64,000 nucleotides of DNA, taken from positions 10,722-74,721 of the IMG/VR virus record IMGVR_UViG_3300008107_000046; one strand, written 5' to 3'. Position numbers and translations under genes: made by a program. The stretch comes from a virus. Positions 19,720 to 29,518 of this stretch are shown here, piece by piece; within the stretch, counting starts at the first letter, position 1; each line of letters opens with the position of its first letter. A model generated the notes under the pieces. It did not search any database. It saw only the letters and a list, made by a program, of their open reading frames with translations, and had not been told where the DNA came from.

Positions 19720-20339
19720 AGAGAAAATATCCACCAGATACTAGAGAATTTACCACAATGAATTATTTTGGTAATACTTTGTATCATGCATATAATATTT
19801 TGTCGGAAGAAGATAGACTTGGACTTTTGGAAGAAATTGAAGATGAAATAAAAACCAATTCTTCTGGTGGATATAATATTGTTGAAGCAACTAGTACTTT
19901 ACCGACACGAAAAATAAAAAATAAAAAGTGTTGGTATAATTTCTTTAAAGTTGTTAAAAAGCATCTTTATGAATATGCAAAAATAACTAATAATCCTAAA
20001 ATAAAAACATTAAAAGTTGCTGAATATTGGGCAAAAAGAATGGGACCTGACATTAGTGACGAGGATTACCATAATGAGATGTACATATATTATGGTAATA
20101 GTCATTCTCATAATAATCTTGACTTGGGTATCATATATTATTTGCAAAATCCATCTAGAATTTATGGAACTATTATGGAACAAGATGGTGTAGAATTTAT
20201 TGTTCCAGGAGATCAAAATTCTTTAATTATTCATCACCCAGATATTAATCATGAAGCAGTTCTTCCCCATCCATCATTTTTAGATGGAACTTGTAGATGT
20301 GTCCTGATAGTTGACTTTAAATACTCTAAATATACTTAA
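19716..20339 (+). CDS. 2OG-Fe(II) oxygenase-like protein (paralogue of 22140-22772)
   Basis: 'HSH...LGIIYYLQNP...GT...PG..NSLII...INH...R'. Confidence 0.7.
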   Translation: MKRKYPPDTREFTTMNYFGNTLYHAYNILSEEDRLGLLEEIEDEIKTNSSGGYNIVEATSTLPTRKIKNKKCWYNFFKVVKKHLYEYAKITNNPKIKTLKVAEYWAKRMGPDISDEDYHNEMYIYYGNSHSHNNLDLGIIYYLQNPSRIYGTIMEQDGVEFIVPGDQNSLIIHHPDINHEAVLPHPSFLDGTCRCVLIVDFKYSKYT

Positions 20340-20355
20340 CTACGACAATTATCTT

Positions 20356-20517
20356 ATGGATAATGATAAATGGAATAGAGGATTGGATCTATTCATTGAA
20401 AGTGTTCATAAACCAGATCCTGAATTGAGGCAATGTGCCCACAATCAAAAGTGCTATAATGAATTAATGTCAGTTCGTGAACATGTTCTTGAATATTTAA
20501 AAACAATAAGAAAGTGA
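20356..20517 (+). CDS. Hypothetical protein
   Basis: ATG at 20356; compact helical ORF. Confidence 0.55.
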   Translation: MDNDKWNRGLDLFIESVHKPDPELRQCAHNQKCYNELMSVREHVLEYLKTIRK

Positions 20518-20518
20518 T

Positions 20519-21055
20519 ATGAAGAATTATTTTGAAGCATTTACAATACCATATTGGCAAACTAAAGTAATAGATTGGGAATACAAGAAAAAATCTTTGC
20601 TATCATTACACTATAATAATAAACATAATATGTGTGGTGGTGATGAACAATATACTGATTATAATAGTAAGAACTCTTATCATTCTCAAGTACAATCTAT
20701 TTTATTAGATGATCTTTATTCTGCTCGTAAAGCTTTAAACTTAGAACACCATACGCTCAGAGTGACCACTGCATGGTTTCAAATGTATGAGCAATATCAC
20801 CATCATCCAATTCATAATCATGGTATAAATGGATTTAGTTCTGTTTGTTATATTGAATATGACCATAATGAACATGAACCTACAAGATTTGTATGTCCAT
20901 TTAATAGTTATATTAATAATGATATGATAGAATTTATACCGAATGATATTGAAGAAGGTTCTATAGTATTCTTTCCTAGTAATGTACCTCACTATGTCGC
21001 ACCAAATAAATCAACAAAACCTAGATTAATATTATCCTTTAATATAACTTACTAA
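20519..21055 (+). CDS. 2OG-Fe(II) oxygenase (TIGR02466-like)
   Basis: 'WFQ.Y....H.IHNHG...FSSVCY...EG.IVFFPS...H.V.PN.S..PRLILSFN'. Confidence 0.85.
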   Translation: MKNYFEAFTIPYWQTKVIDWEYKKKSLLSLHYNNKHNMCGGDEQYTDYNSKNSYHSQVQSILLDDLYSARKALNLEHHTLRVTTAWFQMYEQYHHHPIHNHGINGFSSVCYIEYDHNEHEPTRFVCPFNSYINNDMIEFIPNDIEEGSIVFFPSNVPHYVAPNKSTKPRLILSFNITY

Positions 21056-21309
21056 TGATATATACCCAACAATATATTTTTTACTTATTAGTATTTTCTT
21101 TCATCGCTTATTTTGTAGTGACAGATGAGAGTATTGCTGCATTAGTTATTTTAAGTATAAAAATTTTAAGAAATAATATAGAAAGATTAATTTGGATGAT
21201 TAGATTTCATCCTTTAGTAACTACAAACAAAATTATGCAGTGGTATATGATGCGTAAATATATGAAGGAGGCAGAAAAATTGCAAAAAGAACTATTTAAA
21301 GATGATTAG
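21055..21309 (+). CDS. Small membrane protein
   Basis: Hydrophobic N-terminal segment. Confidence 0.55.
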   Translation: MIYTQQYIFYLLVFSFIAYFVVTDESIAALVILSIKILRNNIERLIWMIRFHPLVTTNKIMQWYMMRKYMKEAEKLQKELFKDD

Positions 21310-22120
21310 AATACCTCACGAAGTTCAGTTACACATAACACATTCATGCAATTTGACATGTGAAGGATGTACTCACTATAGTAATCATGGACATTCTGGA
21401 ATGTTATCTTTGGAAGAAGGATCAGAATGGATGGATAGGTGGAATAAAAGAATAATTCCAGAAAGATTTACTATTCTTGGTGGAGAACCAGCATTGAATA
21501 AAGATCTTACTAAATTCATTTATCTTGCAAAAGAAAAATGGCCTAATTCATATTTGGAATTAATTTCCAATGGATTTCATTTACACAAACACCCAGATCT
21601 ACCAAAGGCTTTGATTGATACCCAAACTGTTATTGGTATTTCTGTTCATTCTAGAGAACATCCAGATTACATTGAGAAATTTAAACCAGTTTATAAATTG
21701 GCAAAAAAATGGTTATTGATGGGTGTAAAGGTCGAAATGAGACATTCATCTCTTGATTGGTTAAGGCAATATCAAGGGTATGGGGATAATATGCTCCCCT
21801 ATGAAGACAATAATCCAGAATCAAGTTGGAAAAACTGTGTTTCTAGAATGTGTATACAACTACATGAAGGTAAAATCTGGAAATGTCCAGGTTTAGCGTA
21901 TTTACCTATGCAAGCAGAAAAATATAATCTTTCTGAAAAATGGGATAAATATCTGAAATATGAACCATTGCATCATGATTGTTCTGATGAAGAACTTGTT
22001 GAATTTTTTAATAGGAAATGGGAAACGTACTGTGATATGTGTCCAGCAAATAAAGAACATTTCAAACCATCTGCAGATCCATTATTACCAGTTAGTTATT
22101 GGAAAAAACTCAACAAATAA
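21302..22120 (+). CDS. Radical SAM enzyme (paralogue of 26962-27801)
   Basis: CNLTCEGC (CxxxCxxC), GGEP, SNG, additional C-terminal cysteines. Confidence 0.88.
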   Translation: MIRIPHEVQLHITHSCNLTCEGCTHYSNHGHSGMLSLEEGSEWMDRWNKRIIPERFTILGGEPALNKDLTKFIYLAKEKWPNSYLELISNGFHLHKHPDLPKALIDTQTVIGISVHSREHPDYIEKFKPVYKLAKKWLLMGVKVEMRHSSLDWLRQYQGYGDNMLPYEDNNPESSWKNCVSRMCIQLHEGKIWKCPGLAYLPMQAEKYNLSEKWDKYLKYEPLHHDCSDEELVEFFNRKWETYCDMCPANKEHFKPSADPLLPVSYWKKLNK

Positions 22121-22139
22121 TTTCACATATTAATTTAAA

Positions 22140-22772
22140 ATGACAAAGCGTAAGAGAATATATCCACCAGATACAAGAACATTTACCACAATGAATTATT
22201 TTGGTAAGACTTTATATCATGCATATAATGTCTTATCTGAAGAAGATATTGTAGGATTGATAGCAGAAATAGATGATGAGTTAAAAAATACTTCGGATAA
22301 TAGAGATGGGTACGTTGAAGCAACTAATTGTTTATCTGCAAGAAAAATAAAAAATAAAAAATGTTGGTATAATTTTTTTAAAATGGTGAAAACTCACCTT
22401 TATAATTATTCTGAGATAGTAAACCAACCATCAATTAAATCTTTGAAGGTTGCTTCATATTGGGCAAAAAGAATGTATAAAGGGATTACAGACGAACAAT
22501 ATGAAGAACAGATGTACATTAATTATGGAAATGTTCACTCACACAATGATCTTGATTTGGGGATTATATATTACTTACAAAATCCATCTAGAATATATGG
22601 AACATTAATAGAACATCAAGGTAGAGAGTTTATAGTTCCTGGAGATGAAAATTCTATGATTATCCATCATTCTGACATGAACCATGCCGCAGTTTTACCA
22701 CCTCCAATACTAACAAAAGATGACCCAAGATGCACTATTGTAGTAGATTTTAAATATGGACACAAATTCTGA
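22140..22772 (+). CDS. 2OG-Fe(II) oxygenase-like protein (paralogue of 19716-20339)
   Basis: Shares 'YPPDTR.FTTMNYFG', 'HSH', 'LGIIYYLQNPSRIYGT' with 19716. Confidence 0.7.
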   Translation: MTKRKRIYPPDTRTFTTMNYFGKTLYHAYNVLSEEDIVGLIAEIDDELKNTSDNRDGYVEATNCLSARKIKNKKCWYNFFKMVKTHLYNYSEIVNQPSIKSLKVASYWAKRMYKGITDEQYEEQMYINYGNVHSHNDLDLGIIYYLQNPSRIYGTLIEHQGREFIVPGDENSMIIHHSDMNHAAVLPPPILTKDDPRCTIVVDFKYGHKF

Positions 22773-23220
22773 AAAAGAAAAAAGATTATCAGTAGTTAAA
22801 AAACAACTAGAACATCTTATTACCAAAATTAATAATAGATGTAACCCAGAAAATTATAACTCATTTTCTGAATTGTATGAATATGTTAAAACAACATCTA
22901 CTACAGGTGTTCCATCTTTTCTTAGTCCAGCGGAAGTTAGATTTATTCAATCAAATCCGCAGATTGAAAACAATATTTTAGATTTGTGTATTAAACAAAG
23001 AGAAAATGATAAAAAAAATAATTATTTCACAATAGGTAATATTTTAGATATTCTTTTGTTTACTAATAATTCTAATGATCTTTATAATTCAAAAATGACT
23101 GGTTTTAATAATCCTGACTTAGGTACTAGATTTTTGAAAGATCCTTCTTCACAACCAATACATGGGACTATAGAAGAAGTATTGGTCATGTTAGATTTGA
23201 GTATTGTTCCTTATAGATGA
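22756..23220 (+). CDS. Hypothetical protein
   Basis: 154-aa ORF with no recognised motif. Confidence 0.5.
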   Translation: MDTNSEKEKRLSVVKKQLEHLITKINNRCNPENYNSFSELYEYVKTTSTTGVPSFLSPAEVRFIQSNPQIENNILDLCIKQRENDKKNNYFTIGNILDILLFTNNSNDLYNSKMTGFNNPDLGTRFLKDPSSQPIHGTIEEVLVMLDLSIVPYR

Positions 23221-23277
23221 TAGACACTTTCGCAAGTGTCTATGGATATGGTTTCAAAGTCTATTATGTGCTATACT
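23220..23277 (+). promoter_or_regulatory. Early-type promoter with palindromic element (copy 2)
   Basis: Perfect ATAGACACTT-TCGC-AAGTGTCTAT; TGcTATACT with -10 at 23272-77. Confidence 0.7.
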
Positions 23278-23298
23278 ATGATTAATTACAGAATTGAA

Positions 23299-24468
23299 AT
23301 GTTGAACTATCAATTTCCACAAATCAATAATATTTCCGATATTATTTGTCATATTGATGGTAGGGATGAATATAAAGTAAGTGTGAAAGACTGGTATACT
23401 GTTGTTAATTATGCAGTTGCTTTTGAGGATACATTTAAATGGGATGATGCTGATCAAATTGGATCTAAAATTCGTAGAGAATGTCGTGGTCTGATCTTTG
23501 ATACTGAAACTGGGAAAATCATTTCTCGTCCGTATCATAAGTTCTTCAACGTTGGTGAGCGAGAAGAAACTGCTATCAACAAAGTTAATCTGTATGAACC
23601 TCATGTAGTTCTGGAGAAACTGGATGGTTCTATGATCCGTCCGATTCCTACTAAAGAAGGTTTTCGTCTTGGGACTAAAGCAGGCATTACTGATGTAGCA
23701 ATGAACGCAGAAGTGTTTATCGCAGATAAACCAGAGTATCGTGAGTTCATTCTTGCTATGCTTGATGGTGGAATGACACCCATTTTTGAATGGTGTTCGC
23801 GTAAAAATCGTATTGTTGTAGATTATCCTGATGATCAACTGATTCTCACTGGGGTTCGTAATACATTTAAGGGAACTTATCTTCTTCACTGGAACTTGGA
23901 AGAGTTTGGTGAACACTATGGTATTCCTGTTGTAAAAGCAGTGGATGGTCTTGCTGTTCAAGATATTAACCTGTTTGTCAAGCAGGTTCGGGAATGGGAT
24001 GATGGTGAGGGTATTGTGCTACGATTTGACGATGGGCACATGGTTAAAGTGAAAGCGGATGAATATGTGCTCCGTCACAAATCGAAAGAACAAATTAGTC
24101 AAGAAAAAAATGTTCTTCAAATTATCATCAATGATTCTGTTGATGATATTGTCCCCTTATTGACACAAAATGATGCAACTCGTCTTAAAGAGTTTCAGAC
24201 TGCTTTTTGGGCATCTGTAGATGATTTGGCATATGAGATGGCACAGATCTATTTGGGTGGCAATACAGTGTATCCTGATAAGAAAGATTTTGCTGTTGAG
24301 TTTGTTCAGAAGAAGATTTTACCAATTCATGCTCCGATCATGTATGCTATGAAAGGTGGCAAGGGTTCCCGTGCTACCATTGTTGACATGATTAGTAAAT
24401 CCTTGACTACTCAAACTAAAATTGATCAAAATCGTTGGTTATGGGGAGGTCTTGAATGGAATTCTTAA
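23299..24468 (+). CDS. rnlA: RNA ligase 1 (T4 Rnl1/gp63-like)
   Basis: 'ECRGLIFD', 'RPYHKFFN', motif I EKLDGS, 'EGIVL', 'VKVK..EY...H'. Start placed downstream of the promoter. Confidence 0.9.
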   Translation: MLNYQFPQINNISDIICHIDGRDEYKVSVKDWYTVVNYAVAFEDTFKWDDADQIGSKIRRECRGLIFDTETGKIISRPYHKFFNVGEREETAINKVNLYEPHVVLEKLDGSMIRPIPTKEGFRLGTKAGITDVAMNAEVFIADKPEYREFILAMLDGGMTPIFEWCSRKNRIVVDYPDDQLILTGVRNTFKGTYLLHWNLEEFGEHYGIPVVKAVDGLAVQDINLFVKQVREWDDGEGIVLRFDDGHMVKVKADEYVLRHKSKEQISQEKNVLQIIINDSVDDIVPLLTQNDATRLKEFQTAFWASVDDLAYEMAQIYLGGNTVYPDKKDFAVEFVQKKILPIHAPIMYAMKGGKGSRATIVDMISKSLTTQTKIDQNRWLWGGLEWNS

Positions 24469-24496
24469 TAGATAGAATGTAGAGTAAATTAATTCA

Positions 24497-24973
24497 ATGG
24501 ATCATCTAAAAATTGAATCCTACAAAACAATTTTAGTTCTTAATTCTAGTTATGAACCAATAAATTTTACTAATTGGAAGAGAGCGGTTGTATTGTTATT
24601 AAAAGAGAAAGCGCAAATATTATCATCTAGAGTAATACGTTTATTGAATTATGTAAAGTTACCATTAAAAAAAATTATGGACGAAAAACCTTCACGAGCA
24701 ATGATTTACAAAAGGGATAACCATACCTGTCAATATTGTGGATCGAAAAAATCACTTACTATTGATCATGTTATTCCTAAATCTAAAGGTGGACAAGATA
24801 CATGGGAAAATATGGTAGTTGCTTGTGCGCCATGTAATACTAAAAAAGGGCATACTTTACTTGAGCAAACTGGAATGAAATTGGTTAGGAAACCAAAAGC
24901 ACCTCCAAATAAGATGATTTTAGATATTGATAAATCTAATGTTCCAGAATGGAAAGAATATAACTATGTCTGA
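24497..24973 (+). CDS. HNH endonuclease (McrA-like)
   Basis: 'RD..TCQYCG....LTIDHVIPKSKGG...WEN.V.AC..CN..K'. Confidence 0.9.
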   Translation: MDHLKIESYKTILVLNSSYEPINFTNWKRAVVLLLKEKAQILSSRVIRLLNYVKLPLKKIMDEKPSRAMIYKRDNHTCQYCGSKKSLTIDHVIPKSKGGQDTWENMVVACAPCNTKKGHTLLEQTGMKLVRKPKAPPNKMILDIDKSNVPEWKEYNYV

Positions 24974-25442
24974 ACTTATTATGCTATGTGGAATTCCTAC
25001 TTCTGGAAAATCCACATATGTTGAAAAACTGAAGAAACTGGACTACTGGAAAGATGCAGTAGTTCTTTCTACTGACAATTACATTGAGAAACAAGCACAA
25101 CGTCTTGGACTGACTTATAATCAGGTCTTTGATGATGTAATCAAAGATGCTACACGGGAACTTGAAATGGAGTTCAACTGGTCAAAATCTAAGGGTAGGA
25201 ACATCATCTGGGATCAGACAAACTTATCGGTCAAGACCCGAAAGAAAAAACTTTCTAAACTTCCTTCCATCTATAAGAGAGGTGTGGTATACTTTACTGT
25301 ATCACTTGAGGACGCACTGGAACGAAACAACCACCGTGAGGGAAAGTTTATTCCTGAAAGCATCTTAAAAAGGATGTACGAACAGTTTGCAATTCCAACT
25401 ATTGAAGAGGGTTTTGATTATGTTGAAAAAGTTGAAAGTTAA
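24966..25442 (+). CDS. Polynucleotide 5'-kinase (Pnkp kinase module, AAA_33)
   Basis: Walker A CGIPTSGKST, 'STD', 'DQTNL....R', 'RN..R....IP'. Confidence 0.82.
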   Translation: MSELIMLCGIPTSGKSTYVEKLKKLDYWKDAVVLSTDNYIEKQAQRLGLTYNQVFDDVIKDATRELEMEFNWSKSKGRNIIWDQTNLSVKTRKKKLSKLPSIYKRGVVYFTVSLEDALERNNHREGKFIPESILKRMYEQFAIPTIEEGFDYVEKVES

Positions 25443-25647
25443 AGAACCTTACAATCATCACTTTGAGTATCAGAGCGACATTGATCGCATCGTAAAAATC
25501 TTTGCCGATCGTGGTTATGAGATTTCACATTCTGATGCTGTTCGTGCGTGGGAACAATTCTCTGATGGTATGGCAGCAGGTTGGATGAGTTTAGGTTCTG
25601 ATGCTGAGGTTTTTGATGATGCTTTTTATTATTTTGAGGAAGTATAA
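25420..25647 (+). CDS. Hypothetical protein
   Basis: ATG at 25420, inside the RNA-repair operon. Confidence 0.55.
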   Translation: MLKKLKVKEPYNHHFEYQSDIDRIVKIFADRGYEISHSDAVRAWEQFSDGMAAGWMSLGSDAEVFDDAFYYFEEV

Positions 25648-26090
25648 TGAAACCGAGTTGTTATGTTTTTGATCTTGATGGTACTATTTGTAACGTCAAG
25701 CATCGCCGTCAGTATGTTGCCACTAAACCTCGCAACTGGGATGCCTGGAACGCTGGACTTGTGAATGATAAACCAAATGAAGCGGTTCTTGGAATTATTC
25801 ATTCTCTCACATATTATTATCCGATTTTTATTGTTAGTGGAAGGTCTGATGATTACAGAGTTCAAACCGAAGAATGGTTAGAAAAGCATGGTATTTCTTA
25901 TAATGCTTTGTATATGAGAAAATATAAGGATCATCGTGATGATGCTGTAGTTAAGGCAGAAATTGCAGATGAAATTGATAAAACTCATCATATTATTGGT
26001 GTTTTTGATGATCGAAAGAGAGTTGTTGATATGTGGATTAATAGAGGTATATGGGTTTTTGATGTTGGACAGGGCAAAGGTGAGTTTTAG
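25647..26090 (+). CDS. HAD-family 3'-phosphatase (Pnkp phosphatase module)
   Basis: 'FDLDGT', 'SGR', 'MR...D.R.D..VK', 'FDDR..VVDMW' as in the T4 PseT C-terminal domain. Confidence 0.88.
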   Translation: MKPSCYVFDLDGTICNVKHRRQYVATKPRNWDAWNAGLVNDKPNEAVLGIIHSLTYYYPIFIVSGRSDDYRVQTEEWLEKHGISYNALYMRKYKDHRDDAVVKAEIADEIDKTHHIIGVFDDRKRVVDMWINRGIWVFDVGQGKGEF

Positions 26091-26092
26091 TT

Positions 26093-26641
26093 ATGTCTTA
26101 TATTAAGTTAAAAGATAAATTTTTTGTAGGTAAATATGATATAATTTCTAGAAAATATCAGTATGGATTAAATACACCTAATGGATTTTATGGAATAAAA
26201 TATTCATATATTGATCTTTCAAATTCCAATGAACTTCTTCAAGTAATACCCGAACACCATAGAGACAAATGTACATTGTCTGTGATGGATTTAAATCATA
26301 GAATTCCACCACACACTGACAGTGGCATTGAAGCAATTATTAATTTTTACATAAAAACTGATAATTGTAAAACTCAATTTTATAAGTTTAAAACTTCAGA
26401 TCCTAAAGAATTTAAATTACCAACACAAAGAGATGGATCTATTTTTGATGAAAATGATCTGGATGAAACAGAAAGTTTTATTTCTCAAGTTGGCGATGCG
26501 TATCTTTTAGACGTATCGCAACCTCATGCTGTTATTCCACTGCATGATGGACCTGTTGATAGGAAAGCAATTTGTCTTCAGTTGCTTTACACTACTTTTT
26601 CTGAAGCAAAACAACTCTTAAAACAAACTAATCAAATTTGA
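26093..26641 (+). CDS. Putative 2OG-Fe(II)/cupin-fold oxygenase
   Basis: 'IPPHTDSG....INFY...LLDVSQPHAV...R..ICL' (HxD...H...R). Confidence 0.6.
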   Translation: MSYIKLKDKFFVGKYDIISRKYQYGLNTPNGFYGIKYSYIDLSNSNELLQVIPEHHRDKCTLSVMDLNHRIPPHTDSGIEAIINFYIKTDNCKTQFYKFKTSDPKEFKLPTQRDGSIFDENDLDETESFISQVGDAYLLDVSQPHAVIPLHDGPVDRKAICLQLLYTTFSEAKQLLKQTNQI

Positions 26642-26645
26642 AACT

Positions 26646-26960
26646 ATGGTTGGAACTTTGATTGCTGGACTGACTTGTGGGATTGCAACATTTTACGGAA
26701 TTGGAGATGGATTTCATGGACAAAAAACCGCTAGCGGTGAACGGTTTAATGCTTATCGTTGGACTGCAGCTCATCCTTATCTTCCTATGGGTACAAAGAT
26801 TAGGGTAACAAATCAAAATAATATGAAACAAGTTATTGTCCGTATTAATGATCGTGGTCCTTATTCTCATGCTGACTTAGATCTTAGTTACTCCGCATTT
26901 TCCCATATCGAATCTGCAAGAAGAGGTAATGCTACTGTTTGTTGGCGAGTAGTTGGATAA
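26646..26960 (+). CDS. rlpA: RlpA-like lytic transglycosylase (DPBB domain)
   Basis: 'ATFYG..DGFHG..TASGE.F.....TAAH..LPMGT..RVTN......VRINDRGP....DLS..AF'. Confidence 0.9.
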   Translation: MVGTLIAGLTCGIATFYGIGDGFHGQKTASGERFNAYRWTAAHPYLPMGTKIRVTNQNNMKQVIVRINDRGPYSHADLDLSYSAFSHIESARRGNATVCWRVVG

Positions 26961-26961
26961 G

Positions 26962-27801
26962 TTACGATTTAAAGAATTCCTCTGATTCTTTTACAGACAT
27001 CAGAGGATTTTTTGTAGATTTTACATAGTTTTTATACGCTGGACACATTCCACAAACAGGTTCTGATTTTCTATTAAAAAACTCTATTAATTCTTCATGA
27101 CTACAATTTGGTTCTAGTGGGACATAGTTTAAATAAGGATCCCATTTTTCCGATATATTATATTTTTCTGCCATTAGAGGTAAGTATGCCAAAGGAGGAC
27201 ATTTCCATATTTTACCTTCATGTAATTGGAAACAGGTTCCTTCCATGAAACAGTTATTCCAACTACTTTCTGGATTATTATCTTCAAATGGCATTATATT
27301 TTCACCATAACCATTATAGATTTTTGTCCAGTATTCATGGGTGGTATTTATAGATACATTAATACCAAGTTCACGTTTCCATTTTAAACATAAATTTAAA
27401 TTATCTTTTATTTTGCTGAGATAATCTTTTGATTTACTATGAATTGATATTGATAGATTGATATTATTTTCTTTTATAGCATTTCCTAAATCTTTGTGTT
27501 TGTCCAGGAAAAATCCGTTAGTCGTAAGTTTTATGTAAGTGCTTCCCCATAGTTCTCTAGACAGATATAAGAAATCTATCAAATCTTTATGTAAAGTTGG
27601 TTCTCCTCCAAGTATTATAAATTGTTTTGGTTGAACTCTATCTTTCCAATAAGATATCCATTGTCTTCCTTCAGTTAACGATATCATTCTAGAATGTCCA
27701 TGATTTGTGAAATCAGAACAACTTTCGCAAGTTAGATTGCAATTATGTGTTATGTGAAAATCTAGAATTGGTATTTTTACTTTTGGATGCATTATTATCA
27801 T
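26962..27801 (-). CDS. Radical SAM enzyme (paralogue of 21302-22120)
   Basis: CNLTCESC, GGEP, TTNG, 'C.QLHEGKIWKCP', 'C.MCP'. Confidence 0.88.
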   Translation of the reverse strand: MIIMHPKVKIPILDFHITHNCNLTCESCSDFTNHGHSRMISLTEGRQWISYWKDRVQPKQFIILGGEPTLHKDLIDFLYLSRELWGSTYIKLTTNGFFLDKHKDLGNAIKENNINLSISIHSKSKDYLSKIKDNLNLCLKWKRELGINVSINTTHEYWTKIYNGYGENIMPFEDNNPESSWNNCFMEGTCFQLHEGKIWKCPPLAYLPLMAEKYNISEKWDPYLNYVPLEPNCSHEELIEFFNRKSEPVCGMCPAYKNYVKSTKNPLMSVKESEEFFKS

Positions 27802-27831
27802 GCTATAATCAGTATATAGTTAAAATGTGTT

Positions 27832-29031
27832 ATGAATAAACCTCATTGTATAGTTCCTTGGATATATTTTTTTGCGGAGGCAAATGGTGATGTAATGCCA
27901 TGTTGTGTTAATAATACTTTTCTTGGAAACATACAAGTTAATGATTACAAAAAGGTGTGGAATTCGCATCAAATGAAAAAATTTAGACGTAAAATGTTAG
28001 ACGGTGAGTTGCCAAAAACATGTGAAATATGCATAGAAAATAAGACTTTAACAGATGATGTTAATAACACATATAATCTTAAAGATTATTATAATAATTT
28101 TTTTAAATCTTCATTTGATGAAATTGAAAAAATTACTAATGAGGATGGATCTATTAAAGAAGATGAAATAAAATTTAAAGCGTTTTCATTCAAAGTTAGT
28201 AATAAATGTAATTTTAAATGTAGAATGTGTAATGCATACAATAGTTCTTTGATAGCAGGTGGTGTAATTGAAAATGGTGAGTTCTATAAATCTTTTGTTA
28301 AAGAAAACATTAATGATTTAGAATTAATAGAATTTATAGGTGGTGAATCATTTTTAATGGAAGAAACTTATGATATTTTACAGTATTTAATTGATAGAAA
28401 CAAACCACATCCACATCTACATTTTAATACTAACATGTCGGTATTGAGTTTGGGTGATAGAAACATTTTTGATTATTTGGAAAAATTAGATATCTCTAAA
28501 GTAGAAATAGTTGCTAGTGTTGATGAACTTGATGAGAGAGCAGAATATATTAGAAAAGGATGTAACTGGAAATCTATAGAAAAAAATCTAAAAAAACTTT
28601 CAAAAAAAGACTTTAAAACTAACACTAATATTGTAGCAAGTTGTTATAATGTTTTTAGATTACCTGAAATTATTACTCGTTTAGTTGATATTGGTCATAT
28701 AAATGAAAAGCATAACTATGAAAATTTTATGTTCAATCCAGTAATTGGAGATTGTGATATAATTTTACTAAGCGATGAATTTAAAAATAAAATAATGGAT
28801 AAATTGTATAATTTTATTGCTGAATATAATAAGACCTATAATGTTGATATTTCTTATAAGTTTAAGATTATCATAGGTAAATTAAAACAAGAATTGCCAG
28901 ATAATATTAATGAATTAAGAGTTCAATTCTTATATGAAAATCACAAAAAAGATAAAAAACGTGGTGAAAAGTTACTAAAAACTATACCAGAAATGAAAGA
29001 TGTAGTTTATTTGTTGAAAAATGGAAACTGA
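27832..29031 (+). CDS. Radical SAM enzyme with N-terminal SPASM/twitch-like domain
   Basis: 'C..PW...GDV.PCC...C..C' followed by CNFKCRMC, GGE, NTN. Confidence 0.85.
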   Translation: MNKPHCIVPWIYFFAEANGDVMPCCVNNTFLGNIQVNDYKKVWNSHQMKKFRRKMLDGELPKTCEICIENKTLTDDVNNTYNLKDYYNNFFKSSFDEIEKITNEDGSIKEDEIKFKAFSFKVSNKCNFKCRMCNAYNSSLIAGGVIENGEFYKSFVKENINDLELIEFIGGESFLMEETYDILQYLIDRNKPHPHLHFNTNMSVLSLGDRNIFDYLEKLDISKVEIVASVDELDERAEYIRKGCNWKSIEKNLKKLSKKDFKTNTNIVASCYNVFRLPEIITRLVDIGHINEKHNYENFMFNPVIGDCDIILLSDEFKNKIMDKLYNFIAEYNKTYNVDISYKFKIIIGKLKQELPDNINELRVQFLYENHKKDKKRGEKLLKTIPEMKDVVYLLKNGN

Positions 29032-29518
29032 AATTTTATTAGAATTATCTGCAAAATATGCTAGGTATAATTTTCATAGAGAAGAAGAACCTGTTTATAA
29101 AGAGTTTTCAGAATTATCTACATTAATGACTTTTGAGGAATATAAAAAATGGGTAAAAAGTAGGTTTGAAAATTATTACACTATTATTTGTTTGATGTGG
29201 AAAGGTGATGAGAAGAGAATTGAGATGCAACTTTTAGATGATTACACTAATTTGGTTGACATTTATAGAGAAAAAAATGATAACGTAAAACCGATTATAA
29301 ATGAGACCACAAAAAATTTAAAAGATTTGTTATCATTTGCGATATATTTTTGTGAGTATAGGATTCAGCACATAACATTTGATAAATTTTCTGAAGGAAA
29401 AGAATACCAAGAAATATGTTTTGATACTCAATATTTTAGAGAAAAAAAGGAAATGTGGTTAAAACAATATGATAAATTAATGAAAATGATTTATGAAGAT
29501 CTAACCCATTCTGCATAA
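29021..29518 (+). CDS. Hypothetical protein
   Basis: 165-aa helical ORF. Confidence 0.5.
   Translation: METEILLELSAKYARYNFHREEEPVYKEFSELSTLMTFEEYKKWVKSRFENYYTIICLMWKGDEKRIEMQLLDDYTNLVDIYREKNDNVKPIINETTKNLKDLLSFAIYFCEYRIQHITFDKFSEGKEYQEICFDTQYFREKKEMWLKQYDKLMKMIYEDLTHSA

Noticed and set aside
23254-23961. 235-aa minus-strand ORF, and the many similar short antisense or alternative-frame ORFs in the track
   Set aside because: They overlap well-supported + strand genes (here Rnl1) and show no motifs.
24497-24973. HNH gene as an intron-encoded homing endonuclease
   Set aside because: The flanking Rnl1 and kinase ORFs are intact, there is no room for intron structure, and the protein looks like a free-standing McrA-type HNH.
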